DNA of 37,894 nucleotides. It comes from Guillardia theta CCMP2712 (lineage: Eukaryota > Protista > Cryptophyta). A program made the position numbers and the translations under genes. Below, one piece after another: positions 1-11,240 of the stretch. Under the pieces are notes generated by a model. The model was not told the DNA's origin, ran no database searches, and saw nothing but the letters and a program-made list of their open reading frames with translations. The stretch spans positions 133,645 to 171,538 of the forward strand of contig NW_005434534.1 in NCBI RefSeq assembly GCF_000315625.1. The letters are read 5' to 3'. Numbering within the stretch: position 1 is the first letter of the stretch; the number at the start of each line of letters is the position of its first letter.

Positions 1-2729
1 CTCGTGTCCTCGTGAATTCGCTGTGGGCAGTCAGAAGAGGAGCGAGAGGATGAAGACAGCGGGAGGGGAGGACACCGGTGAGATTGCACTAGAGGAGGAA
101 GGGGCAGGAAGACGAGGGAGGGGAGGGGAGGGGAGGGGAGGGAAGGGGAGGGGAGGGAAGCAAGGAGCAGAAAGAGGAGGGGAGCAAAAGGGAGGGGAGG
201 AGGAGGATGGCGGCTTCACCTGGTACAGCATCTGCTCGAGCTTCGTCCTCTCTTGCTTCACCACATCAAGCTAAAAATGAAATCAGAACACGCACATCAA
301 ACACATGCTCCCGCTCCTGCTCCTCCTTACCTCATCTCTCAGGGAAGTCACTTGCTCGAGCATGGACTTCTGCAGCAGTGCCTTGGATCGCGCAAGGATC
401 TCCGACTTCTCTTTCAGCTGCTCGCACTCCCTCCTGAGCTGCAACATCTCCTTTGACCAGGTCCAGTCAGGTCTGCAGCGGAGATACTCCACCTTTCTCC
501 CTCCTCCCTCCTCCCTAGCCTCCCTCCTTCCGCCCGCCCTTGACATGCTCTCACTTTCTCACCTCTCCTTCTCCTGCTATTTGAGACACATCGGTGTCAC
601 CCTTGCTCGCTGCATGACCACGCTGCGTCCTCCTGTTCTCTGCGTCCTCCTCCTCCTTCTCCTCTCTTTCCCTCTCCATTTTGCGTTGGGCCAGGAGGAG
701 CCGCTCATGCGCTTCCTGCTCACCTTGTCAGACTTTCTGCTAGACCTAACAGGACAAGAGCAGGAGGAGCCCGTGATGGGGCAGCCAAAGGGAAAGAGGG
801 AGGAGGTAGGGTGGAGAGTGACAGGAGCAGTCGTCGAGAGGAGGGTTACAACAGAGGAAGAGGAGGAGGGGTCGGAGCAGTGAAGAGTGAAGCAGCAGAG
901 GAGGAAACGTCAAGGGGAGGAGGAGGAGGAGGCCGTGGTGGAGGACGAGGAGGGGAAGGAGGACGAGGGGGAGGGGAAGGAGGAGGAGGAGGCCGGGGGG
1001 GGGAGGGGGGGACGGGAGGAGAAGAAGCAAAGAAGATGATGCGGATGATGATGATGCTGAAGAGACAAGAGCAGGCAGAGTCAACGAGAGACCTGGAGGT
1101 CCACTAGCTCGTTGGACAAGTTGCTGTTCCTCTCCGTCAACTGGTCGAGGTCGCCGTGGAGGTGATCGACTTCCTTCCTGAGCTCCTCCACCTTCTCCTC
1201 ACTCCACCGCACCTGCCGCTCCGCATGCTCAGCACGCTGGTACTGCTCTGCCAGCGTCTCCTCCAGCTCCTCCTTCTGCGTCAGGAGCTGCTGGATCCTG
1301 TCGGAGTTCTCCCTGCTCTCGCTCCTCAGCTTCTCGCCCATGCTCCGCACCTTGTGGTCGGTGGAGCTCCTCTCCTGCTTGCTGGCCTTGAGCTCCTCCA
1401 CCAGCTTCTCGTTCTCTGCCTCGTACGCCTGTACCTTTCTCTTCATCTCCTCCACGTTCTGCATCTCCTCCTCGATGTACTGCAGCATCAGCCGCTTCTC
1501 GCTCACCAGCGTCTCCTTCGCCTCCCTCTCCCTCCCGATCTCCTCCCTCAGGATGTTGTTGTTCACCTTCAGGTCCGACACCACCTCCCTCAGTCTCCTC
1601 CCCTCCATCTCAGCCTCCTCCAGCCGCTCCCTCATCTCCCTCCCCTCCTCCTCCAGCTTCTTCCTCTCCTGCATCAGCCGATCTCGGTCGTCCCTCAGCG
1701 TCGACACCAGCAGCAGCACAGAGACTCTGTTCCTCTTCGGGCTCCCCGACAGGGTCAGACCGAAGTCTTCCTCCTTGAGCGTGATGAGCTCGTTCATACA
1801 CTTGAGCTCCGAATGCAGCTTCCCCTTGTCCTCCTTCAGCCTCTCCACCAGCTCCTCCAGCTTCTCCTTCTCCTCCTTCATCCTCCTCATTGTCTCTGCC
1901 GCCTTCGCCTCCTTCTCTATCACCGCATGCCCCCGCTGATTGATCACCACCTTGAGCTTGCACTCTAGCTTCTCCGCCAGCTCGGAAGACTCTTTGGCCT
2001 TCTGCTGCAGCCTGTGTCGCTCCATAGCGCTTTCCTCCAGCCGACGGCTCAGGTCCATGTTCTCCCGCTCCATCTTGTCCAGGCATGCTCTAGTCTGCCG
2101 CAGGTCCGTCTTGCACGCCTCGTACTGTTCCTCTGTCGCCCTCAGCTTCTTGGTCAGCGAGTCATGGACCTTGGAGAGGGTACAAATCTCCCTTCTCTCC
2201 CCTGCTAGCTTGCTCAAGTTCTGTGTCTCTAGGTACACTTCTCGCCTGTTGCTTCCGTTCACTCCCACAGACCCCCGGAGAGGAGAGACTCCTCGCAAGG
2301 AGGGCGATGGACTGCCGGCCGTTCGAGGTCTCCAGGGAACCCGGCGAGACGAGGAGGTCGGGGACCCTTGTGAGGCGTCTTGGTCCATTGCCTTGCTATC
2401 AGACACATCATTGAGAATCCTCGAATTTTCATGTCTTCCGAGCGACACATCATCGACTTGAGCGATCATAGGAGATCTTCCCCTCATTGCGACTTCCTTG
2501 TTTCTTTCCTTCTCCTCCAACCACAGCGATCACTGGGAAATACGCGCCTGTCCCGCGCTCGCCATCAGCTCTGGCCTTGCTCCTTCGTCTCCTAACTCCT
2601 GTGCTCACACCAGCTCTCGTCCTCTTCTTACTCCTCCTCACCTCAACTCACCTCACCTCACCTCACCTCACCTTCTCGTCTCTCCTCCTTCTCGTCTCTC
2701 CTCCTCATCACCGCCACGCTCGTCGCCAT
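1..2729 (-). CDS. Multi-exon long coiled-coil protein, runs off the left end of the window
   Basis: Large exon ~1093-2520 encodes E/K/R-rich heptad sequence (LKVNNNILREEIGREREAKETLVSEKRLMLQYIEEEM). Further coiled-coil exons flanked by GT-AG lie at ~300-452, ~220-270 and 1-21. Candidate ATG at 2729 is followed by a GTGAG donor at 2671, but the 5' structure is unresolved (in-frame TGA at 2530-2532). Confidence 0.7.
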
Positions 2730-2916
2730 CGAGCCCCTCCCTTTCGCCGTTATCTTAGAGGACTACCCCACCCACCGTCTTACCTCCCGGATCACCCCTG
2801 TGATATCCTACAAAGACAGCTTTGACGGAGGGGGTACTTTACCCAGCCCCACCACCCCAGATATATCGTCTAATCCGAGTCCGCCTCACCAAGGAGAGGG
2901 CAGTACTGTCGGGGAG

Positions 2917-5465
2917 ATGCGGTATGGTGCAGTTGCTGGTGCGGTGCTGCTGAGTATGGCGCTGGGGATGGGAACGACGATCGAAGAGGAGGGGAGAGAC
3001 GTCGATGTAGATGCCTGGAAGCAGAAGATCGCCATGGTCAACGGGTCGCGATGCTTCGTGGAGATCATACAACCCAATGACAGTCCCTGGCTACCAACCC
3101 TGTTCTTCCTCGGAGACGATCTCGACTTCCGTTTCCGTGTGAGCTGTGATGTGGATGGCAGCAAGAAGGACCCCCCTTCCTCTCAGCAGCCCGTGGAGCC
3201 TTCGCACCACCTCCTCGGCGTGTCTGGGACTTTGTTCATCGACGGCGATCCCATGGCCAACTTTTCTTTTTCTCGACCGTTCGAGGAGAATCCGTGGTTG
3301 GATCGAACGATCTCGTTTGAGATAACTCAGTGGTACGAAACAAACATTGTGATAGAGAGGAAGACCTCGAGTAGCGTGCATACACAAGAACCTACATCGG
3401 AGCAATGTCAGAAGGATGTAGACGAAGGGACTTGGGAAATGAAATACCTGTTATCATCTCGGACGCTCTCGATAGGGAACAAGCATATCGGTTCGTTGGT
3501 GATTTGGGTAGAGGAAGAAGGGAAGGAGACAACGTCTCAGAGTATAGAGTCCTTCTCCTCCCTCGCCGAACTCCCCTTCCATCTCCTCCCAGGTATAAGC
3601 TGATACCAAAAGTTGAAATTCCTCACCTCACCCGCAGCGCAACTCCAAGAGGACGGAGCAACTTTGCTCTATCCTAGTTATGGTCAGAGGTACGTCAAGT
3701 CAATGTCAACCTTCTCCTCCCTCCTTCCCCTTGACGCGCGAGCAGAGTCGTAGAAGGGGAGCCCGTAGAGGTCCAGATGGCCCTGAATCGGCAGACCTTC
3801 ACCTCCACTTCTCTATCGGGTGCCGAGAGGAGGGTCAGGCCGAAGAAGAGCGATGACTCAGTGGCAGTCAAGGTTGTTGTCGGGCTAGAAAGATCCTTTC
3901 AGGCTTCACCAGAGCTGAAACTTCCAGGTCTGATGTCAGTGCTCGCCCATGACGAGCTTTTTCTCACTAAGGGTTCTCAGCCCTTGGCAGCCCAGACAAA
4001 GCTCTGCTCCAGGTGACGGTGGCGTACCTCCCGAAAGCTGGGCTGTGAGGGCTGTCAGCCGGTAGATGCTCTCGCCCTCACTCGAGTTGCTCCTCAGGCT
4101 TCCATTCCGTGTGGAGGTCGAGACGCTTCAAGACGGAATCATAGCTGTTGTTCGGAGTTTCGTCAAGGTGGGGGAGGGAGCATGGGCACTCAGATCTCAA
4201 GGAGGCAGCAGGTTGTAGCCAAGCAGGATATTCAAGGTGGGCAAGAGCAGGACAGGACGGAGACAGGGCCGGAGGGTCTGAGAACTATCGACACTACCAC
4301 TCACCTCGTCCCTGAAGTTGACACCTCCATGTTCTGCTCCCGGTGAGTGCCGTGAGGCAGGGCTGGTGGCGTGATGAGGGAGGCAGGAAGGACTCGTTCA
4401 ACGTGGGACACACTCTTGATGACTGGCACAAGCAGCGAGGTCAGCGCGCTTCCTCCCTGCCCCTCCCTACTTGCTTAGGGCTTTGGCAGGAGACGAAACT
4501 TTCCGAATCCTCTCGTACCGAGACCAACTCGACGAGCATGTAACTCAGAGGGGCTGAGGCGGCCTTTTGAACCTTCTCTACTCGTAGAGCATCGTCGTGG
4601 ACGTCGGAGCGCATGCCGGCGACTGGTCTTCCAGCATCTTCACGTGAGTTGTTGGCCGGCCCCAGGCACCTTGTCATCGCTCTGCAGTCGCTTCCGCTGC
4701 CAGGTGCACGCGTTCGAGCCCCTTCCGCGCCATGCGGCGATGTTCGAGGAGAGGACGCAGCACGTGCGGCCCCGGGTGCTGCCGAGGGCTGACATGGTCC
4801 GATGGGGAGGTGCTGACACCTCCGTCAGGTTCAGCTGCACAGGAAGGCGATTTCGACCAAGGGCGGGCGGATGAAGATGCTGGACAAAGGTTGTTCCCCT
4901 CTCTGCTGTCCTTGCAGCCCTCTTCACACACCATGGTCGCCCCGCAGGGGTCGGGAGTCACTTGCTGTCGGAGGGCTCGCAAGTGGAGGAGGAGGAGGAG
5001 GAGGAGGAGGAGATGAGGGTGACAGAAGTCGAGGTCCCGTCCAGCACTCCAACTTCGTCCTTGACTCCCTCAGGCAGGTCCTGAGCGTCGACAGTCTCTT
5101 CGACGAGCTTGACGTCCGTCGGGTCGACCTGCTCAAGTTCAACGTGGAGGGAGAAGGTTGTTGGTCGCGTCAGCCTCTGCCTTTCTGAGCCCAGCTGCCC
5201 GCCAGAGTTCGACCTGCTGGCGAGGCTGCTGGACCTCAACATGATGGACAGGATCAGAAACCTTCAGGTTCAGTTTCATCACGGGCTGGTGAGGCCTCGG
5301 CAGTATTGCTAAACTTGTCATGTTTTGACCCGCTGCTTTTGGCAGACGCGAGCTGATGAGCTCCGGCAGCTCCGCGCGCGGCTCAACGAGACTCATTGCC
5401 TGACTTTCTGGTTCAGCTCGGCCTGGGAGAATTGGCGTGAGGCTCCACGCGCTCGCATCAGTTGA
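2917..5465 (+). CDS. Signal-peptide protein with a C-terminal FkbM-family (Methyltransf_21) SAM-dependent methyltransferase, multi-exon
   Basis: ATG 2917 gives MRYGAVAGAVLLSMALGMG (signal peptide). Spliced exons give GDETFRILSYRDQLDEH-SIVVDVGAHAGDW (motif I, ~4588-4625), CQVHAFEP, VDLLKFNVEG, EFDLLARLLDLNMMDRIRNLQVQFH and LNETHCLTFWFSSAWENW. Stop TGA 5463-5465. Linking the N-terminal exon to the FkbM exons is inferred from GT-AG chains. Confidence 0.8.
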
Positions 5466-5620
5466 CTGAAGCCAATTGAACGCAGGATCCCGATAGGAAT
5501 GAAGGACAACCTGTAACGACCATCGAGAGAGAATGGTTTGAATCTACTGTAAATTTTAATGACTGTCCCTGCCCTGCTGAATAACACACTTCTCTTCTCC
5601 ATCATCACAGCAGCACAAGA

Positions 5621-6163
5621 TCATTTCTGAACTTTCTTCTTTCTGTTCTCCATGAACCATCTAATTGCAAATGTCAAGAACTGTGTACAAATGAGCGACA
5701 TGCCCGCTTGCAGGTAGATCGCATCGAGCTTATCCATCTCCTCCCCCATGGCCACACGCATGAGCTTGAACAGACCATTGATGCCCCCGAACACGCCAAC
5801 CAACTGTCGCAGCAAGAAGACGTAAAAAAAATGAGAAGACGAATAGAAGGAACAAGTCACAAGCTTGCTAAGTGGGAGGAGAGCATGGGCAATGATGATC
5901 ATGATGGAGAAGTTTCTCACCGCGACGAGGACAGCTACATGAGCCGCTATCTTTCTTGTGCTCTCCTTCTGAACCCCGAATGAGCAGGGCAAGAACAGGA
6001 CGCCGAGAACGCCCGGGATCAGCGCATGCCAGTGTCGCTTCTTCCCCCCAATGAGCTGCGGGAAGGAGTAGGCTACAAAGGAGAGAAGGATGAGGCCTAG
6101 CGCTGAGAGGCGAAGCCGAAGCGCCAGCAGCGCATGGTTCTCATTCCATGGTCCCGCGGCCAT
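5621..6163 (-). CDS. Small 4-TM membrane protein of unknown function, resembles a bacterial hypothetical family
   Basis: ATG 6163; one 117-nt GT-AG intron at 5804-5920. Spliced protein has four hydrophobic helices with ALIPGVLG, KESTRKIAAHVAVLVALVG and QAGMSLIC...FMENRKKK. Confidence 0.75.
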   Translation of the reverse strand: MAAGPWNENHALLALRLRLSALGLILLSFVAYSFPQLIGGKKRHWHALIPGVLGVLFLPCSFGVQKESTRKIAAHVAVLVAVRNFSIMIIIAHALLPLSKLVTCSFYSSSHFFYVFLLRQLVGVFGGINGLFKLMRVAMGEEMDKLDAIYLQAGMSLICTQFLTFAIRWFMENRKKKVQK

Positions 6164-6841
6164 TCTAAACTCCCGGATGCCCCCATCCCCCCTCTTGCTC
6201 AAATTCATCCCCCTCATGATCATGGGCCTGATCACGGGCCCGGTGCCCGGTTCGAATCCGAGCTGGACATGTTGCACTCAGATTCTGGAGTCAGAGAGAC
6301 TATGGTATGATAGGGGAAGAGGGCAACCGTCGTGGCGGCCGCCATGCACACATTGAGGGATGGGCAGATGGGAAGGAGAAGCTGGGGAGAGAGAGGGATG
6401 AAGGAGGCACAGGATGCGAGGAGCAGACGATCTAGAAGATATGAGAAGGAGAAGAAGAAGTAGGAAATGGCAGAAGATGAACCAGTGAAAGATGGGCGAA
6501 AAAGGGGCAGGTGACACGAGGAGATGTAGTAGAAGGTGTATGGACCAGGAGCCGAGGAGGTGAAGATCGTGAAGGAGAACTTCTAAGAGAGATCAGTGAC
6601 ATCATAACCTGAGCATAACCAGTTGATAGAAGTGCAAGAGCAGATAGTATACGGAATGCGACGCCTTAGGGCCCCTTTTCCGGAGATCGCAGAGGAAAGT
6701 GACATGGCCGATCATAGGAAAGCAAACATGATAATGACACATGAATTTATCACAAATCCACTTGTTTCATTACAATTCTCTCCGATTCTTGATTTTCTCA
6801 TTATATTCTGCCACAGGATCGTTCGAACAGCCTTGACAGCT

Positions 6842-9540
6842 ATGCGAGGATCGGTCGGGATCCTCTCTCTTCTCCTCTCCCTCAGTCTCTCCCATGTCTC
6901 TCTCTCCCTCAGCCTGTTCGTCCAGCATCCGCAGCTCTCCCGCACTGAACGATTCCACGGCGCCCGCGCCTCTTACGCCAGCTGCCATCCCTCCATCGCC
7001 GCCTTCGTGCAACCGCCGAAAAAGATGCTGGCAACGCAGAGTTCGCTGTCATGCCCGAACCACGCGCATGCAGTGAGATTGCAGACTCAGGTACGAGCGA
7101 CATGAGCAGTGAGATTATGAGAGAGACGAGATGTGATGTGATGTGATGTGATGTGATGTGATGTGATGTGATGTGATGTGATGTGATGTGATGTGATGTG
7201 ATGTGATGTGATGTGATGTGATGTGATGTGATGTGATGTGATGTGATGTGATGTGATGTGATGTGATGTGATGTGATGTGATGTGATGTGATGTGATGTG
7301 ATGTGTGATGTTGAGGTGTTTGTGTCATGCTATGATCTGACAGACGTTTGCGCAGCTCAAGGCAAGCTCGGCACAGAATCCGTCAGGAGAGAACGCCTCA
7401 ACACCGGCATGAGAGCATGCAAAGAGAAGCAGCTTGTGATGGTGTGACAGGCTAAGAAAGAGAACCTGGCAGAGCGAAAAATCTTTGGGGTGTTGCAAGT
7501 ACGCGGACTGGTGAGAAGATCGAGTGTAGAGAGAGCAGAGAGAGCAGAGAGAGCAGACAGCAGGGAGGTGAGATGGGGTATAGAGGAGAGGGTGCAGATG
7601 AATTGATGGAAGGCTGGGGAGAGGTAAAGATGGAGGCGATCCAGGACAGGTTGGATGGCAGCCGATAAAGAATACGAAAAAAGGAGGAGGAGGGAGGAGA
7701 GGGAGGAGAGGGAGGAGAGGGAGGAGAGGGAGGAGGGAGGAGGAAGTATTGGGCTGAGTCGAACTTGTCAGGTGCTGGTACTGCTGGTGATTCAGAATGC
7801 ATGTCAGGTATCAAGGGGAGGGGGAGGGGGAGGGGGAGGAGCCAGCGGAAGGGGAGCGTCGGCATGAAGGAGGAGGAGGAGGAGGGAGAGGAGGAGGAGT
7901 CTCAGCAAGTGAAAGGACTTCAGATGCTCTCCATGCGATACTCTCGTGTTGTCTNNNNNNNNNNNNNNNNNNNNNNNNNNNNNNNNNNNNNNNNNNNNNN
8001 NNNNNNNNNNNNNNNNNNNNNNNNNNNNNNNNNNNNNNNNNNNNNNNNNNNNNNACTCTCCTCCTCCTCCTCTCCTCTCTCCTCCTCGTCTTTTGCCCCC
8101 CCGTTGTTATTGCTGCTGCTGCTGCTGCTGCTCTTCCCTCCTTCTGGTTCTCCTGGTGGTTTCCCACCTGCTCCTGCCTCCTGCCTCCCTCCTGCCTCCT
8201 CTCTCTCTCTCTCTCCCTCTCTCTCACTTTCCTCCAGGTTGTCGTGTCAGAATGCCTCAAGGTCTTGGCCTGCGTCTTCATCCTGGCGTATCATCACAGG
8301 GAGAAAGTCGGACAGGTCGGACAGCACACTGCCTCCCTTCCCCTTTAACTGCCATCCTCCTCCATACTCTTGCTACACAATCGCTCCTTGACGTCTCCAT
8401 CGTCTTCCCCTCCCACTGATGCGCTGCTGCCTCTTTATCTCTCTCTGTTCATTTCCTTTATCTCTTTCTCCCGTCCCTGCTCCGCTCCTCCTCCTCCTCC
8501 CTGTTCCTCCTCCTCCTCCCTCCTCCCTCCTCCCTCCTCCCTTTTCTTCCTCCCTTTTCTTCCTCCTCCCTTCCTCGCTTCCCTGACGATCCCACCAGGT
8601 GATTTGGCAAGAGGCGATTGTTAATTGGAAAGACACCCTCAAGGTAACGCAGACAAGGGCATCCCTCCTGTCGCTGGTGCTGGTGCTGGTGCTGGTGCTG
8701 GTGCTGGTGCTGGTGCTGGTGCTGGTGCTGGTGCTGGTGCTGGTGCTGGTGCTGGTGCTGGTGCTGGTGCTCGTCAGACCTAGCTCTTGTTCCATCCTCA
8801 TCCTCGAAGTCTTCCTTGACTCAAAGGTGGGTCAGGTGTCAGTCCCAGCTTTTGTCTATATGATTCAGAACAATCTCCTCTACGTCGCTACCTCCAACCT
8901 CGACGCCGCCACATGCCAGGTAACCTCGCTCCTCCTGCCTGTACGTATGCTAACCTTTCCTCCTCCTCTTCTACCTTCTCCTCATCTTTCTATTCCTCAT
9001 CCTCATCCTCATCCTCATCCTCATCCTCATCCTCATCCTCTTCGCCCTCTTGTTTCTGCTTCCCTTCCTCCGCTCCCAACCCCCATCAGGTCACATATCA
9101 GTTCAAGATCTTGACCACTGCGCTCTTCACTGTCACAATGCTTAACAGAACCATCTTACCGCTCAAGGTTAAAGTCCTCCTTCCCACTCCCTCCCTCCCT
9201 CTCTCTCTCCCTCCCTCCCTCCCTCCCTCTCTCCCTCCTCCCTCCCTCCCTCCCTTCCTCCCCTCCCTTCCTCCCTCACTCCTGCACTCTCTATCCTTCT
9301 CTCCTTCCCTCCCTGCTTGCCTTCTCACCCTCCTCTCCCCCAACCCTCCCCTTTCTTCCCGCCTTCATTCCTGCCTGCTTGCCTGTCTGCCTCGCCCCCT
9401 CCCTGCCTCCTCTTATTTTCTGTCGTTCCAGTGGCTTTCTCTCGTCATCCTCGTCATTGGGATCGCTCTTGTTCAACTTCCGAACATCGGAGCAGGAAGC
9501 GCCTTCAACATCGCTGCTTCTGGTGCTGCTCCTGCTCATT

Positions 9541-9574
<34 letters not shown>

Positions 9575-11017
9575 CCCGATCCCCCGTCCCCACCGCACCC
9601 CTTCTCTCTTACTGGCTGCTGTGCCGTCCTCTCTTCCCTGCGCCCTCGCGCTCTCCTCTCTTGTGCTCTCATTCCTGACATCCACCAGGTAATCCTGCTC
9701 TTGGTCTGTCCGCTGTTGTGGCTGCATGCTTCATGAGTGGCTTCGCTGGTGAGAGGAGGAGGAGGAGGAGGAAGAGGAGGAGGAGGAGGAGGTGGTGGTG
9801 GAGGAGGAGGTGGTGGTGTCAGTGTTGGTAGAACAGCTGACAAAACACGAAGGAGTTTACTTCGAGAAGATGCTCAAAGGAACTCCGACATCGGTCTGGA
9901 TGCGAAATATACAAGTACCTCCTCCTTCTCCTCTTCCTTCTCTTCCTTCTCTTCCGTCTCCTCCTTCTCCTTCTCCTTCTCCTCCTTCTGCTTCTCCTCC
10001 TTCTCCTCCTCTCCCTGACATCTCCATCCTTGTCCCCCTTGCTCATCCTCTCCTTCTCACTTCTTCTTTCTCTTCTAGATGGGAACCATTGGCGGCATCC
10101 TGGCCCTCGCCGCTGTCTTCATCAAGGACGGTCAGGCTGTTCTCTCAGCTGGTTTCTTTCAAGGATGGAATCTCTTCGTCTGGGGTGTCGTCACACAGGT
10201 ATGCTGCTGCTGCTACTGCTCCTCCTCCTCCTCCTCACCCCCCCCCCCCCCCCTGGGGGGGGTGTTTTTCCTCGTCCTCCTCTCCGGGTCCTTCCCTCGC
10301 TGGTCCTCAACCTCTTCCCGCCTCTCTCATTTCGTAATAGAACAGAAGATGTCCAACTGGGAGGGCTCATCCTCCCGCTTGTCGTCAGATACCCAAACAA
10401 CATCTTGAAGGGGTTTGCCACCTCACTGGTGAGATTCAAAACCCCCTCCTCTCCTGGTGGTTGTTGNNNNNNNNNNNNNNNNNNNNNNNNNNNNNNNNNN
10501 NNNNNNNNNNNNNNNNNNNNNNNNNNNNNNNNNNNNNNNNNNNNNNNNNNNNNNNNNNNNNNNNNNTCGGTGCTCGATTTCCCTTCCCTCCTCCTCCTCC
10601 TCCTCCTCCTCCTCCTCCTCCTCCTCCTCCTCCTCCTCCTCCTCCTCCTCCTCCTCCTCCTTTTGCTGATGCTGATGTCCGGCAGTCCATCATCGCTTCA
10701 GGCATCATCTCCATGTACATGGTCCCTGCGCTCAAGTTTTTCCCCACCACCGCCTGGTGATTTTCTTCTCTTCCTCTCCTCTCGTCCCACTTCCACCCCC
10801 TCCCCTCCCTCCTCTTTCTGCCCCCCATCCTCTCAGACCCGTCCCCCTTCCCCCTCCCCTTCCTGCCTCATTCCCTCACCCTTCAGGTTTGTTGGAACAT
10901 CTCTGGTCCTGGCAGCGACGATTCTCTACAGGTAGAACATCCTCTCTTGCTCGCGCTCTCTTCATCCTCCTGTTCAGCCTGCCGGACGAGCGCAAGAACA
11001 AGGGGAAAGAAGCATAG
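6842..11017 (+). CDS. Nucleotide-sugar transporter, SLC35A (UDP-Gal/UDP-GlcNAc/CMP-Sia) family, many exons, two assembly gaps
   Basis: Exons encode [94 protein letters not shown] and NILKGFATSL. Stop TAG ends at 11017. The core from ~7772 is secure; the 5' exons from 6842 are inferred. Confidence 0.9.
7131..7305. repeat. (ATGTG)n microsatellite, ~35 copies, probably intronic
   Basis: Perfect pentamer run, directly visible. Confidence 0.95.
8674..8769. repeat. (CTGGTG)n microsatellite, ~16 copies, in an SLC35A intron
   Basis: Lies between the GT donor at 8644 and the acceptor before VSVPAF. Confidence 0.9.
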
Positions 11018-11240
11018 AAGAATCCGCTTCCTCCTGCTCCACATATTGTTTTTCTCGTGCGCCAAGTCACCCCCGATGTTACATACTGCAGCCCTTGCTT
11101 GAGTTCAATACAGCCATCACAAGTTTCTTGCAACAACTAGGAGGAGAGGAGAGCTGAGGGGCGGGAGAGAAAGAGAAGGGGAGGAGAGTCAGGAAGAGGA
11201 GGGGGTAGCCTGAGAGGACGAGAGGCGAGGATAGAGATGT

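Noticed and set aside
1156-2461. Long plus-strand Leu/Ser-rich ORFs
   Set aside because: They are antisense shadows of the coiled-coil exon.
6909-7328. HHITS-repeat protein; also the poly-ST and poly-VL ORFs at 8373-9114
   Set aside because: They are translations of intronic microsatellites.
10350-10430. Atypical residues in the SLC35A conserved motif (LILPLVVRYPNNILKGF in place of LLVAVVKYADNILKGF)
   Set aside because: The segment is next to an assembly gap and follows homopolymer-rich, low-quality-looking sequence, so base-call errors are more likely than altered specificity.
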